Source: a virus. Taken from it: DNA of 64,000 nt. The notes beneath the pieces are model-generated. The model was not told the origin of the DNA. It searched no databases and saw only the letters and a program-made list of their open reading frames with translations. The first letter of the stretch is position 1. Each line of letters opens with the position of its first letter. The stretch lies in the IMG/VR virus record IMGVR_UViG_3300033146_001759, positions 1-64,000 of that record, one strand, 5' to 3'. This document shows, one piece after another, positions 54,010 through 63,655 of this stretch. A program made the translations under genes and the position numbers.

Positions 54010-54894
54010 TAACCGATAATCATCATTACCAGGTTTATCTTTCTTTTTAAAATATTTAGATAAATTAATTTTCTTCTTTTTCTTTAATTTTATAACCTCT
54101 TGCTCCTTTTCACTTAAAATATCTTCCATATTCTTATGGGGGGTTTTTATATCATTTTCTCTCAAATTTGGATATTCTTCTTTTAATTGTATTCGAGATA
54201 ATTTTTCTAAAAATGATGATTTTGGAAAAAATGCATCAATTAATGCTATTTTCTCTTCAATCGTTTTTGTTTTTATTTCTATATCCATTAAATTATCTAA
54301 AAATTCATTATAATAACTCAAATTATTTTCATAATAATAATCTATTTTTTTAAAACTATCCTTTGTAAATAATAATTTACTATAATATGATGCATTATAT
54401 ATGAAATTATATATACTATGTTCAGTTGGAAATCCATTTGTTATTAAATGAAACGGTAAATCAAAAAAATCATAAACATCTTTCAAATTTTTAGTTATAA
54501 ATATTTTTTTATCATTATACTTATAATATAACCCAGTTCTTTCATATGATAAATTAAAATCTAATGTCAATATATTCATTAAAATATGTAAAATATCCCA
54601 AGAATAATAATATAATGTATATACCCATAAATCATCTCTGGTTTTTATAAATCTTATATCAAAACCATCTAAATCTACATATATTATACTTTCTTTTTCT
54701 TTAATATTCGATGGATTTAATATATTTGAAATATCATATGATGTTATAAAATCTGGGATAATTATATTTATATAATTCCATTCCATTTTATCAATATGAC
54801 AAAATGGTATTTCATGTTTAATTTCAGCTTTATCTAATAATAGTGAAATCCCTTGTAAATATTTAATAAAATCATTTTTAATATATTTTTTCAT
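54001..54894 (-). CDS. degenerate nucleotidyltransferase-like protein
   Basis: DGFDIRFI, YYSW, GLYY, ITKN..FFDL, GF pattern; catalytic DxD not evident. Confidence 0.35.
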   Translation of the reverse strand: MKKYIKNDFIKYLQGISLLLDKAEIKHEIPFCHIDKMEWNYINIIIPDFITSYDISNILNPSNIKEKESIIYVDLDGFDIRFIKTRDDLWVYTLYYYSWDILHILMNILTLDFNLSYERTGLYYKYNDKKIFITKNLKDVYDFFDLPFHLITNGFPTEHSIYNFIYNASYYSKLLFTKDSFKKIDYYYENNLSYYNEFLDNLMDIEIKTKTIEEKIALIDAFFPKSSFLEKLSRIQLKEEYPNLRENDIKTPHKNMEDILSEKEQEVIKLKKKKKINLSKYFKKKDKPGNDDYRLSD

Positions 54895-54899
54895 AGTTC

Positions 54900-55082
54900 T
54901 TATTTCGTTGGTTGAATTATATTTATTCCTTTATAATTTGGTATATTATAATTATTAATATATGTTTCTTGTTTTAAAATTGTTGATTGTAATGTTTTAA
55001 TATTTTCTTGTGTTAAATAAAAACCATCTTCGGTGCTCATCCATATTATATTATTGATTTTTATCATATTATACTTTACCAT
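54900..55082 (-). CDS. hypothetical protein
   Basis: 60-aa ORF. Confidence 0.45.
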   Translation of the reverse strand: MVKYNMIKINNIIWMSTEDGFYLTQENIKTLQSTILKQETYINNYNIPNYKGINIIQPTK

Positions 55083-55131
55083 AATATATTTTTTGTTTAT
55101 TTTTTATTTTATAGTAATATATTTTTTTTGT

Positions 55132-55464
55132 TTATTTTTTATAATCATCTTCAAAAAACCATAATTCATCAATATCAAATAAACTAATTTCTAAATTAGT
55201 AAACATACCAATATCTTCATTATACTTATCCGTTGAAACAAACATATAACACCATTCCTCAATCGTTGAAATATCCCAATTAGATATAATATATTCAAAT
55301 GTATTACCTTTTTTAAACATCCTCATTAAACTAGGTTTATGATTTATAAAGAAATATTTATTAAATTTTTTTATAAAAATTCTTTTACGATTATCAAAAG
55401 TATATGCTATTTTTGACATATATTTATAATTATATATATCCTTTATTTTTTCTTCCCTAGTCAT
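55132..55464 (-). CDS. hypothetical protein
   Basis: Starts MTREEKIKDI. Confidence 0.55.
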   Translation of the reverse strand: MTREEKIKDIYNYKYMSKIAYTFDNRKRIFIKKFNKYFFINHKPSLMRMFKKGNTFEYIISNWDISTIEEWCYMFVSTDKYNEDIGMFTNLEISLFDIDELWFFEDDYKK

Positions 55465-55583
55465 TTTTTAAATATTCTCAATATTGTTTTTATTTTTTTT
55501 ATCCGTTCCTTATTTAAATCAACCCATATTACATCTAATTTATATGGCTTTTTTTTTATATACATATATTCATTTTTCATCAT
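55461..55583 (-). CDS. 40-aa peptide ending RIKKIKTIL (not in ORF track)
   Basis: MMKNEYMYIKKKPYKLDVIWVDLNKERIKKIKTILRIFKK*, overlapping both neighbours by ATGA. Confidence 0.55.
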   Translation of the reverse strand: MMKNEYMYIKKKPYKLDVIWVDLNKERIKKIKTILRIFKK

Positions 55584-55936
55584 ATATTAAATTCAGTTAT
55601 TATTTTATTATCTAAAAAATCATCATATTCTATTTTATATTTCATTTTTAATTTTTCTATTATATCTTCTTCTAAATAATCTATAAAATAATCACCATGC
55701 TTATCTTTAATATACCAATTAGCACCATTATCTATTAAAAAAAATAAATCACCTTTATTTGCTAAATTATATTTAATCTTTCTCGCTAACCACGTTATTA
55801 CTGGCTCATTATTACTATTCATACTATTAATATCTGCACCATTTCTGATAGCCATTCTAACTTGCTGTATATTATTATTAAACATACCAACTTGTAAATC
55901 GTTATCTTTATTGAATTTTTTCTGTTCTTTAATCAT
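55580..55936 (-). CDS. ankyrin-like protein with FNI end
   Basis: AIRNGADIN, LIDNGANW; ...TEFNI*; late promoter upstream. Confidence 0.65.
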   Translation of the reverse strand: MIKEQKKFNKDNDLQVGMFNNNIQQVRMAIRNGADINSMNSNNEPVITWLARKIKYNLANKGDLFFLIDNGANWYIKDKHGDYFIDYLEEDIIEKLKMKYKIEYDDFLDNKIITEFNI

Positions 55937-55954
55937 ACATTATATATAAAAAAT

Positions 55955-56207
55955 AAATCACATGAACGTAATCAGGATTCTGTTTTATGTTATCATTTAA
56001 CTAAGATTTTTAAATCTTCTCATAATATTGATATTACTATCAACGAGTGCCACAACCCAACTATTATAAAATTGCTCACCTTCTAAGTTTGTTTGTGTTG
56101 CATCCTTGGAAGTACTAATGATATAATATCTCCTTCCGTAAGCAAAGATGTCCTGAATTTCCTCAACACCAATAAAATAGTGCAGCGATAACTCTTCTTT
56201 GTAATTT
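55955..56207 (-). ncRNA. rnpB: RNase P RNA, compact form
   Basis: GAGGAAAUUCAGGAC and ACAGAAUCCUGAUUAC (P4 pair), GUUAUCG/UGAUAAC (P2), GCACUA/UGGUGU (P3), UGCAACACAAA, GAGCAA, P1 pairing of the ends. Confidence 0.85.
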
Positions 56208-56523
56208 ACTTTTTAACTTTATTAACTATTTCAAATATTGGTAATTCCATTAAATTATCCTTTAATGTATCATTATGTATTGATATAATATGCTCATGAT
56301 ATAATTTATCTTTTGACATAAATTCATCAACATGTACTATTTTTGATCCTATAACCAATTTACCATCATCGGAATAAACTACTCTATAATCATCACCTTT
56401 TTTTATAGCATCCATTACAGTTTTATATGAAAAAATAAATTCTATTTCTTTATATTCTGGACTAAATATCAATTTAAAATTTTTATTGTCTTTTGTTTTT
56501 GCTATAATATAATATGTTACCAT
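56206..56523 (-). CDS. hypothetical protein
   Basis: 105-aa ORF directly upstream of rnpB. Confidence 0.55.
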   Translation of the reverse strand: MVTYYIIAKTKDNKNFKLIFSPEYKEIEFIFSYKTVMDAIKKGDDYRVVYSDDGKLVIGSKIVHVDEFMSKDKLYHEHIISIHNDTLKDNLMELPIFEIVNKVKK

Positions 56524-56566
56524 CTTTTTATTTTTTATTCTTTATAGTTATAAAAATTTCATTTGT

Positions 56567-56983
56567 TTATTTTTTATTCACTATAACTTTTGAGTATCTT
56601 ATAATCACACCATTCAACATATATCCTTTTTTAAGTATCCTCACAACGACATTTTCTGAATAATTATTATCCCAAATTGTTGATATTGCTTCATGATATT
56701 CTGGATCAAATATTTCACCAATTTCACCAAATTCTTCAACATTATGTTTTTTTAAAAATAATATAAATTTATTATAAATATATTTTAAACCACCATCATT
56801 AATAGATTGTTGTTTTAACGACAATTCAAAATCATCAACAATTTCTAAAATTTCTGTTATAAAAACTTCTTCAACCGTTTTCACAAAAAGTGTTTTTTCT
56901 TTATCTATTCTTTTTTTATAATTTTCAAAATCAGAATATAATCTCAGATATTGATCAGATAAATTTTTATATTTTTTTTCCAT
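56567..56983 (-). CDS. grpE: nucleotide exchange factor GrpE (start likely 56983)
   Basis: YLRLYSDFENYKKR, VDDFE, FDPEYHEAI, KGY.L...IIR..KV.V. Confidence 0.92.
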   Translation of the reverse strand: MEKKYKNLSDQYLRLYSDFENYKKRIDKEKTLFVKTVEEVFITEILEIVDDFELSLKQQSINDGGLKYIYNKFILFLKKHNVEEFGEIGEIFDPEYHEAISTIWDNNYSENVVVRILKKGYMLNGVIIRYSKVIVNKK

Positions 56984-57284
56984 TATTGTTATTATTTTTA
57001 AATCTTTTTGGGTGTGCATCTTTCATCACATTAAAGATAAACCCTTCTGCAACAATTTCACCATATTCACATATCGGTTCTGCCATACTTTCACAACCAA
57101 GAAACACATTTACACCATTTATTTTTATATCTATCCCTAATAATCCTATTTTTTTTTCATTAGTAGGAGATAATCTATACATATCATCTCCAATTATTTC
57201 TATTTTAGTACCACCAAAACAACGCTCCATTATATTTATTGCACCATATATAATTGGTGATATTTCTTTATTTTTTTCTTTCAT
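56967..57284 (-). CDS. hypothetical protein
   Basis: Operonic ORF between polymerase and grpE. Confidence 0.5.
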   Translation of the reverse strand: MKEKNKEISPIIYGAINIMERCFGGTKIEIIGDDMYRLSPTNEKKIGLLGIDIKINGVNVFLGCESMAEPICEYGEIVAEGFIFNVMKDAHPKRFKNNNNNGKKI

Positions 57285-57287
57285 ATT

Positions 57288-58745
57288 TTAATAATCTATT
57301 ATTGATGATTCTAATTCTTCTATTTCTTTTTCAGTATGAAAAATCTCTACGTTTTTTTCTTTCATTATACCTTTATAAACTTTTCTTTCAGCATATATAT
57401 CTGTTAATACTTGATTTACTACACCAATTTCATTTCTAAAAACAGCACCAGAAACCGTAACTATATCTGTTTCATTTATCTCTACTTGTTGACCATTAAA
57501 CAACGAATATTTTTTTCCTTTTATTTTTTGTCCTTTATATGAATCTGCACTAATATTAAATTGTCTCATTGTTGTAGGGTATAATGATGCAAAATCATAA
57601 CACGCAGTCCACGTAGCCATACCCCTAATTGGTTCTTTTACCCAACCACCCTTTACTGCAGATGCTTCTGATATATCGTTTTTTACTAATTTAATATTTT
57701 TTAAATCAATAAGTTTTTTTCTTAAAATACCCTCCGTAACATTTAATGTAGATAATGCTTTATTAACAGTAGTTCTACTTAAAGTAGCAATACCATACAT
57801 AATATCAGCTAACTTAGTTTTTTCATGTATTAACTGAACCAATATACTATCAATAGCATTATAGTATATAAATTTCTTAAAGTCTTGACTATATAATGTT
57901 TTCAAATTACCATCATAATCAACTTTCTTCAACTTCAATACTGTTTCTGCAACAAAATTTAATGCATTTGATTCTTTAATCTTTATAGATTGATCCCATT
58001 TTTCAAAAATTTCCATATAATCAAATAATAATCTATGTTTTGGTAATTCTGCAAAATTCCGTGGATCTCTTTCATTTAATGGTTCTAATTTATTTGTGAA
58101 AGATGATACATCTGGATTTATTCCAATTTTTCTTGCCCTTGCAACTAAATATACCCAATCAAAATGAATAAAATTCCAACCAGTTAATACTGGCATTTTT
58201 GGGACCATATTAATGAAAAAATTCTTCAACATTTCAAATTCAGACTTATATTGGATATATTTAAAATCCCATTGTGTATTAAACTTATCACCATAATCAT
58301 TATTAATATCATTACCTATTGCTTTTACTTCTTTTTTTGTTAATGGGTCAGTACCAATAACTAATACTTTATCTTTAACAACAATTGAAATAGATATTAC
58401 TCTTGTTCTTGCTAATTCTGGTTGTAATTTTTCTGTGGAAATCTCAGTTTCAATATCAATAAAAAATATATTTGGTTCATTATAATCAAATATTTCTCCT
58501 TGTATATCTTCTGGTAAACTTTCTAAATAATCATAAATAGAATATTTATTAGGATATTTCGTATAAATTTCTTTTGTTGGTTTGCCATCCCAAGTAACAT
58601 ATTTTTCGTGCCTTTCTGGGTCATCTAAACTTGTAGCTATAAACTTAGTTGGTGTCCAAGGAAAATATTTTAATTTTATATTTCCTCTCTTATCAAAATG
58701 TGATACTATTAAGTTATGATTTGAATATTCGTAATCTATTATCAT
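57288..58745 (-). CDS. family B DNA polymerase, N-terminal subunit (exonuclease plus motif A)
   Basis: DIET, TGWN..FD..Y, YNAID, GGWV.EP, DFASLYP; ends in the fingers, lacks K..N..YG and YGDTDS. Confidence 0.88.
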   Translation of the reverse strand: MIIDYEYSNHNLIVSHFDKRGNIKLKYFPWTPTKFIATSLDDPERHEKYVTWDGKPTKEIYTKYPNKYSIYDYLESLPEDIQGEIFDYNEPNIFFIDIETEISTEKLQPELARTRVISISIVVKDKVLVIGTDPLTKKEVKAIGNDINNDYGDKFNTQWDFKYIQYKSEFEMLKNFFINMVPKMPVLTGWNFIHFDWVYLVARARKIGINPDVSSFTNKLEPLNERDPRNFAELPKHRLLFDYMEIFEKWDQSIKIKESNALNFVAETVLKLKKVDYDGNLKTLYSQDFKKFIYYNAIDSILVQLIHEKTKLADIMYGIATLSRTTVNKALSTLNVTEGILRKKLIDLKNIKLVKNDISEASAVKGGWVKEPIRGMATWTACYDFASLYPTTMRQFNISADSYKGQKIKGKKYSLFNGQQVEINETDIVTVSGAVFRNEIGVVNQVLTDIYAERKVYKGIMKEKNVEIFHTEKEIEELESSIIDY

Positions 58746-58804
58746 TTTATATATTTTAATTATTTATTTTTATAGATAAAATGAAAAAAAAGTTATATAA
58801 AAAT

Positions 58805-58838
58805 AAAAAAACCACATTATTAATAATGTGGTTTTTTT
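58805..58838 (-). terminator. intrinsic terminator
   Basis: aaaaaaaccacattatt/aataatgtggttttttt. Confidence 0.7.
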
Positions 58839-58860
58839 AATTATTTCAAATATTTAATAT

Positions 58861-59442
58861 TTACAACACAATACCCAATTCTTCTAAATTTTTATTAAAG
58901 ATAACCTCACCATCTTTAAGTTTAGATTTAGTTTCATTATATAATTCTTGTAATGCTTTAACACCAAGCTTTGGATGTGCAACAATTACTGCTAATGTCA
59001 CCTTTTTCCAACCAATATAACTATAATTTGTTGGTGTACCATATACAATATTACTTAAACACAATTTATTTATTTTTTTCTCAGCTTTGGCAATTTCTTT
59101 AATATCTATTGCTATCTCTACAACAGCAATACCTTGAGAACTTAAATCAATTTTATCAACACTTTCATAAAAATCCCAACCAAACTTATTATACATAATT
59201 TCAGCAACACCAATAGATGTTAAATATGTTTCAAAATTTAACTTTACATCATCATTTTCATACGTTACATCAACTGGACCACCCCAACCATCATCATTAA
59301 CATATCCAACTTTTTTATTATCAAGATACACATCACAATAATATCCTCCCAAATCGTGACCAAAACCAGTTTTTAATTTTTTAATAGTTACTCTACTAAT
59401 TTTTTTTAATTCTTCTTTTGATAATTTCTTTAAATCTCTCAT
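58861..59442 (-). CDS. hypothetical early protein (start revised)
   Basis: YLDNKKVG.V.DDGWGG; promoter at 59471 lies within the called extension. Confidence 0.6.
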   Translation of the reverse strand: MRDLKKLSKEELKKISRVTIKKLKTGFGHDLGGYYCDVYLDNKKVGYVNDDGWGGPVDVTYENDDVKLNFETYLTSIGVAEIMYNKFGWDFYESVDKIDLSSQGIAVVEIAIDIKEIAKAEKKINKLCLSNIVYGTPTNYSYIGWKKVTLAVIVAHPKLGVKALQELYNETKSKLKDGEVIFNKNLEELGIVL

Positions 59443-59518
59443 AACAATATTTTTAAGTTTAACAACACTGCAAAGATAATTAAAAAAAAACAATATAACC
59501 TAATTTTTATAAAAAAAT

Positions 59519-59743
59519 CTAACATTCTTCTTTTGGTATAATAATATATTCATCAACTTCTGGTATTAAAGATAATGATGAACCATTATCCCACGCTACT
59601 GCGATATACCCTAAATCATCTATATGCTTTATAATACCTCTATCACCACGTATTAATTTAGTATATTTATCAACCATATTAATTAATTCAACACATTATC
59701 CACTATGTAAATATTGGGTATTATTTTTTTTGGAAATTCTCAT
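59519..59743 (-). pseudogene. DUF4314-like gene with in-frame TAA at 59696-59698
   Basis: G*CVELINMVD...GDRG...IDDLG.I.VAWDNGSSLSLIPEVD. Confidence 0.6.
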
Positions 59744-59984
59744 TCACAAAATCACCAAATTTTAACACTTTTCTTTCATTAGGAATATCTATCGTCATCA
59801 TATCTTCTATTGTTGCTATTCTTCTTTTACCTTTTCTATTAGCTTCAAATGGGTCGTGATCCCACAACCCATTAGCAGCAGTTTTTTCACTTGGTACACT
59901 TAAATCAATCGCACCACCTTCTTTTTTTATTTCTTTATTAATCCTATTCATTTGATCAATTGTACTCTGTCTCATTAATGCCAT
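59721..59984 (-). CDS. hypothetical protein with C-terminal CTS-like motif
   Basis: KVLKFGDFVNE. Confidence 0.55.
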   Translation of the reverse strand: MALMRQSTIDQMNRINKEIKKEGGAIDLSVPSEKTAANGLWDHDPFEANRKGKRRIATIEDMMTIDIPNERKVLKFGDFVNENFQKK

Positions 59985-60004
59985 ATTTAAAGTATTATTT
60001 TTAT

Positions 60005-61015
60005 TTATATATTAAAATCATACACCAATATTAATTCTTCAAATTCATTTTCAATATCACTATTCATGATTTTTATTTTTCTTAATATTTTATATCTTTC
60101 TATTTGTTTTTCTTCATTATTTTTTTTATATTCATTACTATATATATCCAAAGTATATAAAATATAATTTTTTTGCCACTCACTCGATTTAATCATCTTT
60201 TCAAAATCACCACCACATTTAAATATTTTTTTTAATTGCCAATCTTGTTCAGTAAGTATAGACATCAATATATTTTCTTTATTATCATTTATTTTATTTT
60301 TTAAGCTTATTAATATATCATTTATATCTTTATATAATTGCTCTTTTTTATTTTCGTTTACTTTATATAAATCATCAAAATTTTCAATCTTAACCACTTC
60401 GGATCCATATTGTTTTAAATATGATAATATATTTGAAATACCACCTTCATTTAATTTTTTTAAATCTATTATTATTTCAACATCATCACCATCAAATTCA
60501 AATTCAAATGGAATATTTACATTATTAGCATATAATACTTTTGCGCTTTGTAAAACATATCCTATATTATATCCTATATTCTCAACAAAAGTATGCAATT
60601 TTGTATATCCTAATAATTCAAATAATGTTTCAAATCTATCATCTTCATCATATTTTAAATTAAACAACGCATTTATTTCTTTGGAGGTTTTCATAGCATC
60701 ACCATTAAAATAATCTACATATTCTGTGTTTTCCACTGATTCATCTGGTGGATCCATAGACAAATAATCATTATACATCTTTATACTATAATCTTCTGCA
60801 TCAAAATCAAAAAAATCATTCAAATCCCCAATATCCATAAATAATGAAATTTTCTTTTCAGTTAAATCTATTACATATTCTTTTACATCATCTATACCAA
60901 TTAATTTTTTTATATGTTCTTTATCACCAAATTCAAATTCATATATTATATCATCTCCCAATGGGATAGTATCACCATTTTTTTCTTCTTTTATAAAATT
61001 ATTAAATTTTTTCAT
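60005..61015 (-). CDS. putative internal head protein, paralog 1
   Basis: MKKFNNFIKEE...GGDF...WQKNY...YDFNI*. Confidence 0.6.
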   Translation of the reverse strand: MKKFNNFIKEEKNGDTIPLGDDIIYEFEFGDKEHIKKLIGIDDVKEYVIDLTEKKISLFMDIGDLNDFFDFDAEDYSIKMYNDYLSMDPPDESVENTEYVDYFNGDAMKTSKEINALFNLKYDEDDRFETLFELLGYTKLHTFVENIGYNIGYVLQSAKVLYANNVNIPFEFEFDGDDVEIIIDLKKLNEGGISNILSYLKQYGSEVVKIENFDDLYKVNENKKEQLYKDINDILISLKNKINDNKENILMSILTEQDWQLKKIFKCGGDFEKMIKSSEWQKNYILYTLDIYSNEYKKNNEEKQIERYKILRKIKIMNSDIENEFEELILVYDFNI

Positions 61016-61023
61016 ATCAATTA

Positions 61024-62064
61024 TTATATATTAAATTCATCTGCTGCTACCAAATATTTAAATTCTAAAACAATATCATCATTAATTAAATTATTACTTT
61101 TTAATTCATTATATTTATCTAACATAGTTAATTTCTCACTATATTCATTTTTAGTTCTCCCATTCACAAGATATTCTTTTTGCCATTCATATGATATAAT
61201 ATTATCATAAAAATCACCACCAATTTCTTTTATATAAAAACTATGTTTTGGTAATAAATCGTTTGCTATTTTTTCTGTATTTTTTTTCATATATTCATAA
61301 ATAGTTTCCAATTGTTTTTTAATTTTACTATCAAATATATTTTTTTCTTTTTCATTTATATCAACATCTGTATCTATGTCATCTATTTTTGAAATATTTT
61401 TACTCATATTATCTAATGCACTCTTAATATCATTAAAATCATCAGCCATTATAGTTAAATTAAATGTCATTCTAACTTTATCCCCAACTATATTAAAATA
61501 TAAATATGTTAATGATTCATCTATTTTTTTAGCTACTATTTGCATTAATTGTGTATATATAGATTCAATATATGATATTATTTCATCTAGAGTATCTTCT
61601 ATTATTTTATGTTTACTATAAAATATAACTTGTTTTATCATATCAACAAAAGTATCTTCATCTGGTGATTTAATATTAAACAATTTATATATTTTTGTTA
61701 ATATTTCTTCATGTTCAGTATTCAAATATGCATTTAATCTAAATTCTGAAAATTTATATTCATTATCTAACAATTCAATATATTCTCTTAACATAGTATC
61801 ATCTATTTCTAAATAATTACTAATATCATCTTCATCAACATCAATATCAACATATGTTCTATTATGTAAATCACGATGAGTATAACTACAATCATAAACC
61901 ATATATGATTCTAATTTAACTAATTTATCTATTTCTTCTTCATACCTATTTTTTTCATCATCTGACAATTTTTTAAATTCTTCTTCAGTTAAATAAATAG
62001 AATAAAACTTGTCTGCTAGTATTAATTCCTTATTTTCAAACAAAAACGTATTATATCTTTTCAT
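61024..62064 (-). CDS. putative internal head protein, paralog 2
   Basis: MKRYNTFLFE...GGDF...WQKEY...DEFNI*. Confidence 0.6.
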   Translation of the reverse strand: MKRYNTFLFENKELILADKFYSIYLTEEEFKKLSDDEKNRYEEEIDKLVKLESYMVYDCSYTHRDLHNRTYVDIDVDEDDISNYLEIDDTMLREYIELLDNEYKFSEFRLNAYLNTEHEEILTKIYKLFNIKSPDEDTFVDMIKQVIFYSKHKIIEDTLDEIISYIESIYTQLMQIVAKKIDESLTYLYFNIVGDKVRMTFNLTIMADDFNDIKSALDNMSKNISKIDDIDTDVDINEKEKNIFDSKIKKQLETIYEYMKKNTEKIANDLLPKHSFYIKEIGGDFYDNIISYEWQKEYLVNGRTKNEYSEKLTMLDKYNELKSNNLINDDIVLEFKYLVAADEFNI

Positions 62065-62067
62065 AGC

Positions 62068-63114
62068 TTATATATTAAAATCTCCAATTACAATAAATTT
62101 TTCTCCATCTTCTTTTATTTGTGGGTGAATTATATCTTTATATTTAAACATAAACTCCTTATAATTTTTTTCAATATCATTATTCCTAAAGATATATGAT
62201 TTTTGTTCATCATATTTTTTTAATTCATCAAGGAACAATCCTCCCATATTATAAATATCACCATAAAATTTATATGTAATTCTATTAAGAATATCTTCTT
62301 TATTATTTAAAATATCAACATATAAATTATCTAATTCATTTGATACATAATCATTAAATTCTTTAGATTCATCATTTGATAGTTTAATATTTTTATATGT
62401 ATTTATTTTCTCAAAATTATCTTTATTATATTTTAAAACATCACTTATATTTTTTATATCATTTGGTAATATTTCAATATCTATTTTAATATTTATATTT
62501 AATTCATCCAATTCAATCGTCATATATTTAAAGTCATTATTTATATTTTCTACATTTTTTTTTACTAAATCTCTACTAATATTATTCATTCTATTGATTA
62601 TATTAGCATAATTTTTAAACCAAGTATAAATTAACATTTCATTTAATACTAAAAAATAAATTCCTATTTTTTGTTCATTTTTATCAATATTAAATATATC
62701 TAATATCTTTACTATTTTATTTTTATTATCATCAGTTAAAAACTCAAATAATGTTTGTTGAGTTATTAGTTTTTCACCTTCTAAAATATCAAAATAGTTA
62801 TATAAAAACCATTTTTTAATTTCCAATAAATCCGCAAATATACTAGAATCACTAATAATATTAATTATATTAGGTTTTTCATATTCTACTAAAAGTTTTT
62901 CTTGATACTTAATATTATTACTTTTTATAATATCTTTCATTTTTCTATAATTAAATCTATTTTCATTTGATATTTTTTTCACATAATCATAATCAATATC
63001 CATTAATATTGATGCTTTATTCTTCAATGATAAATTACTAAATTCGGTTAATGATAACAATTCCCAATTTTTTATTGATTCTAATATAAAATTATAATAT
63101 TTCTTCATCTTCAT
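62068..63114 (-). CDS. putative internal head protein, paralog 3
   Basis: MKMKKYYNFILES...GGLF...EQKSY...GDFNI*. Confidence 0.6.
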   Translation of the reverse strand: MKMKKYYNFILESIKNWELLSLTEFSNLSLKNKASILMDIDYDYVKKISNENRFNYRKMKDIIKSNNIKYQEKLLVEYEKPNIINIISDSSIFADLLEIKKWFLYNYFDILEGEKLITQQTLFEFLTDDNKNKIVKILDIFNIDKNEQKIGIYFLVLNEMLIYTWFKNYANIINRMNNISRDLVKKNVENINNDFKYMTIELDELNINIKIDIEILPNDIKNISDVLKYNKDNFEKINTYKNIKLSNDESKEFNDYVSNELDNLYVDILNNKEDILNRITYKFYGDIYNMGGLFLDELKKYDEQKSYIFRNNDIEKNYKEFMFKYKDIIHPQIKEDGEKFIVIGDFNI

Positions 63115-63155
63115 ATATATATAAAATCAATTTCTTCTTTTTAATATATACTTTT

Positions 63156-63503
63156 ATGAAATTATTAAAAACATATAATCAAATATTTGAAAACACTAAT
63201 ATAAATAATATTTCTGTTGGATATTTTGTAATATTAAAATCACCAAAACATATTCCCGGTTTTAGTAAAAAACAATATTCTATATCTGAATATTTCTTCA
63301 AAAATAATATTGGTGTAATAACAAAAATAAACGGTGGTGATATTTATGTTAAATATTACAATACTCCATCATTAATATCATCAAATTTATTTAATGATGA
63401 TAATGAAGTAATTGCTGATAATAATGATATTATGTATTATAACAAAGATTTAGATATTTTAAATAATAAACATATTAACATTATAAAAAATAAATTTATA
63501 TAA
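63156..63503 (+). CDS. hypothetical protein with CTS-like start
   Basis: MKLLKTYNQIFE; TTTTTAATATATA upstream. Confidence 0.6.
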   Translation: MKLLKTYNQIFENTNINNISVGYFVILKSPKHIPGFSKKQYSISEYFFKNNIGVITKINGGDIYVKYYNTPSLISSNLFNDDNEVIADNNDIMYYNKDLDILNNKHINIIKNKFI

Positions 63504-63655
63504 TGAAAATTTTAAAATATTATAATCACTTTTTTAACGAAGATACTTACATTGAAAATAGTATTGAAGATGAATTATGGTATATGATACACCACAATTC
63601 AAATATAAATACAATTAAAGAAGTAATTAAAAATGATGTTGATTTTAATATATGA
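63503..63655 (+). CDS. 50-aa protein with CTS-like start and DFNI end (not in ORF track)
   Basis: MKILKYYNHFFNE...NDVDFNI*. Confidence 0.55.
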   Translation: MKILKYYNHFFNEDTYIENSIEDELWYMIHHNSNINTIKEVIKNDVDFNI

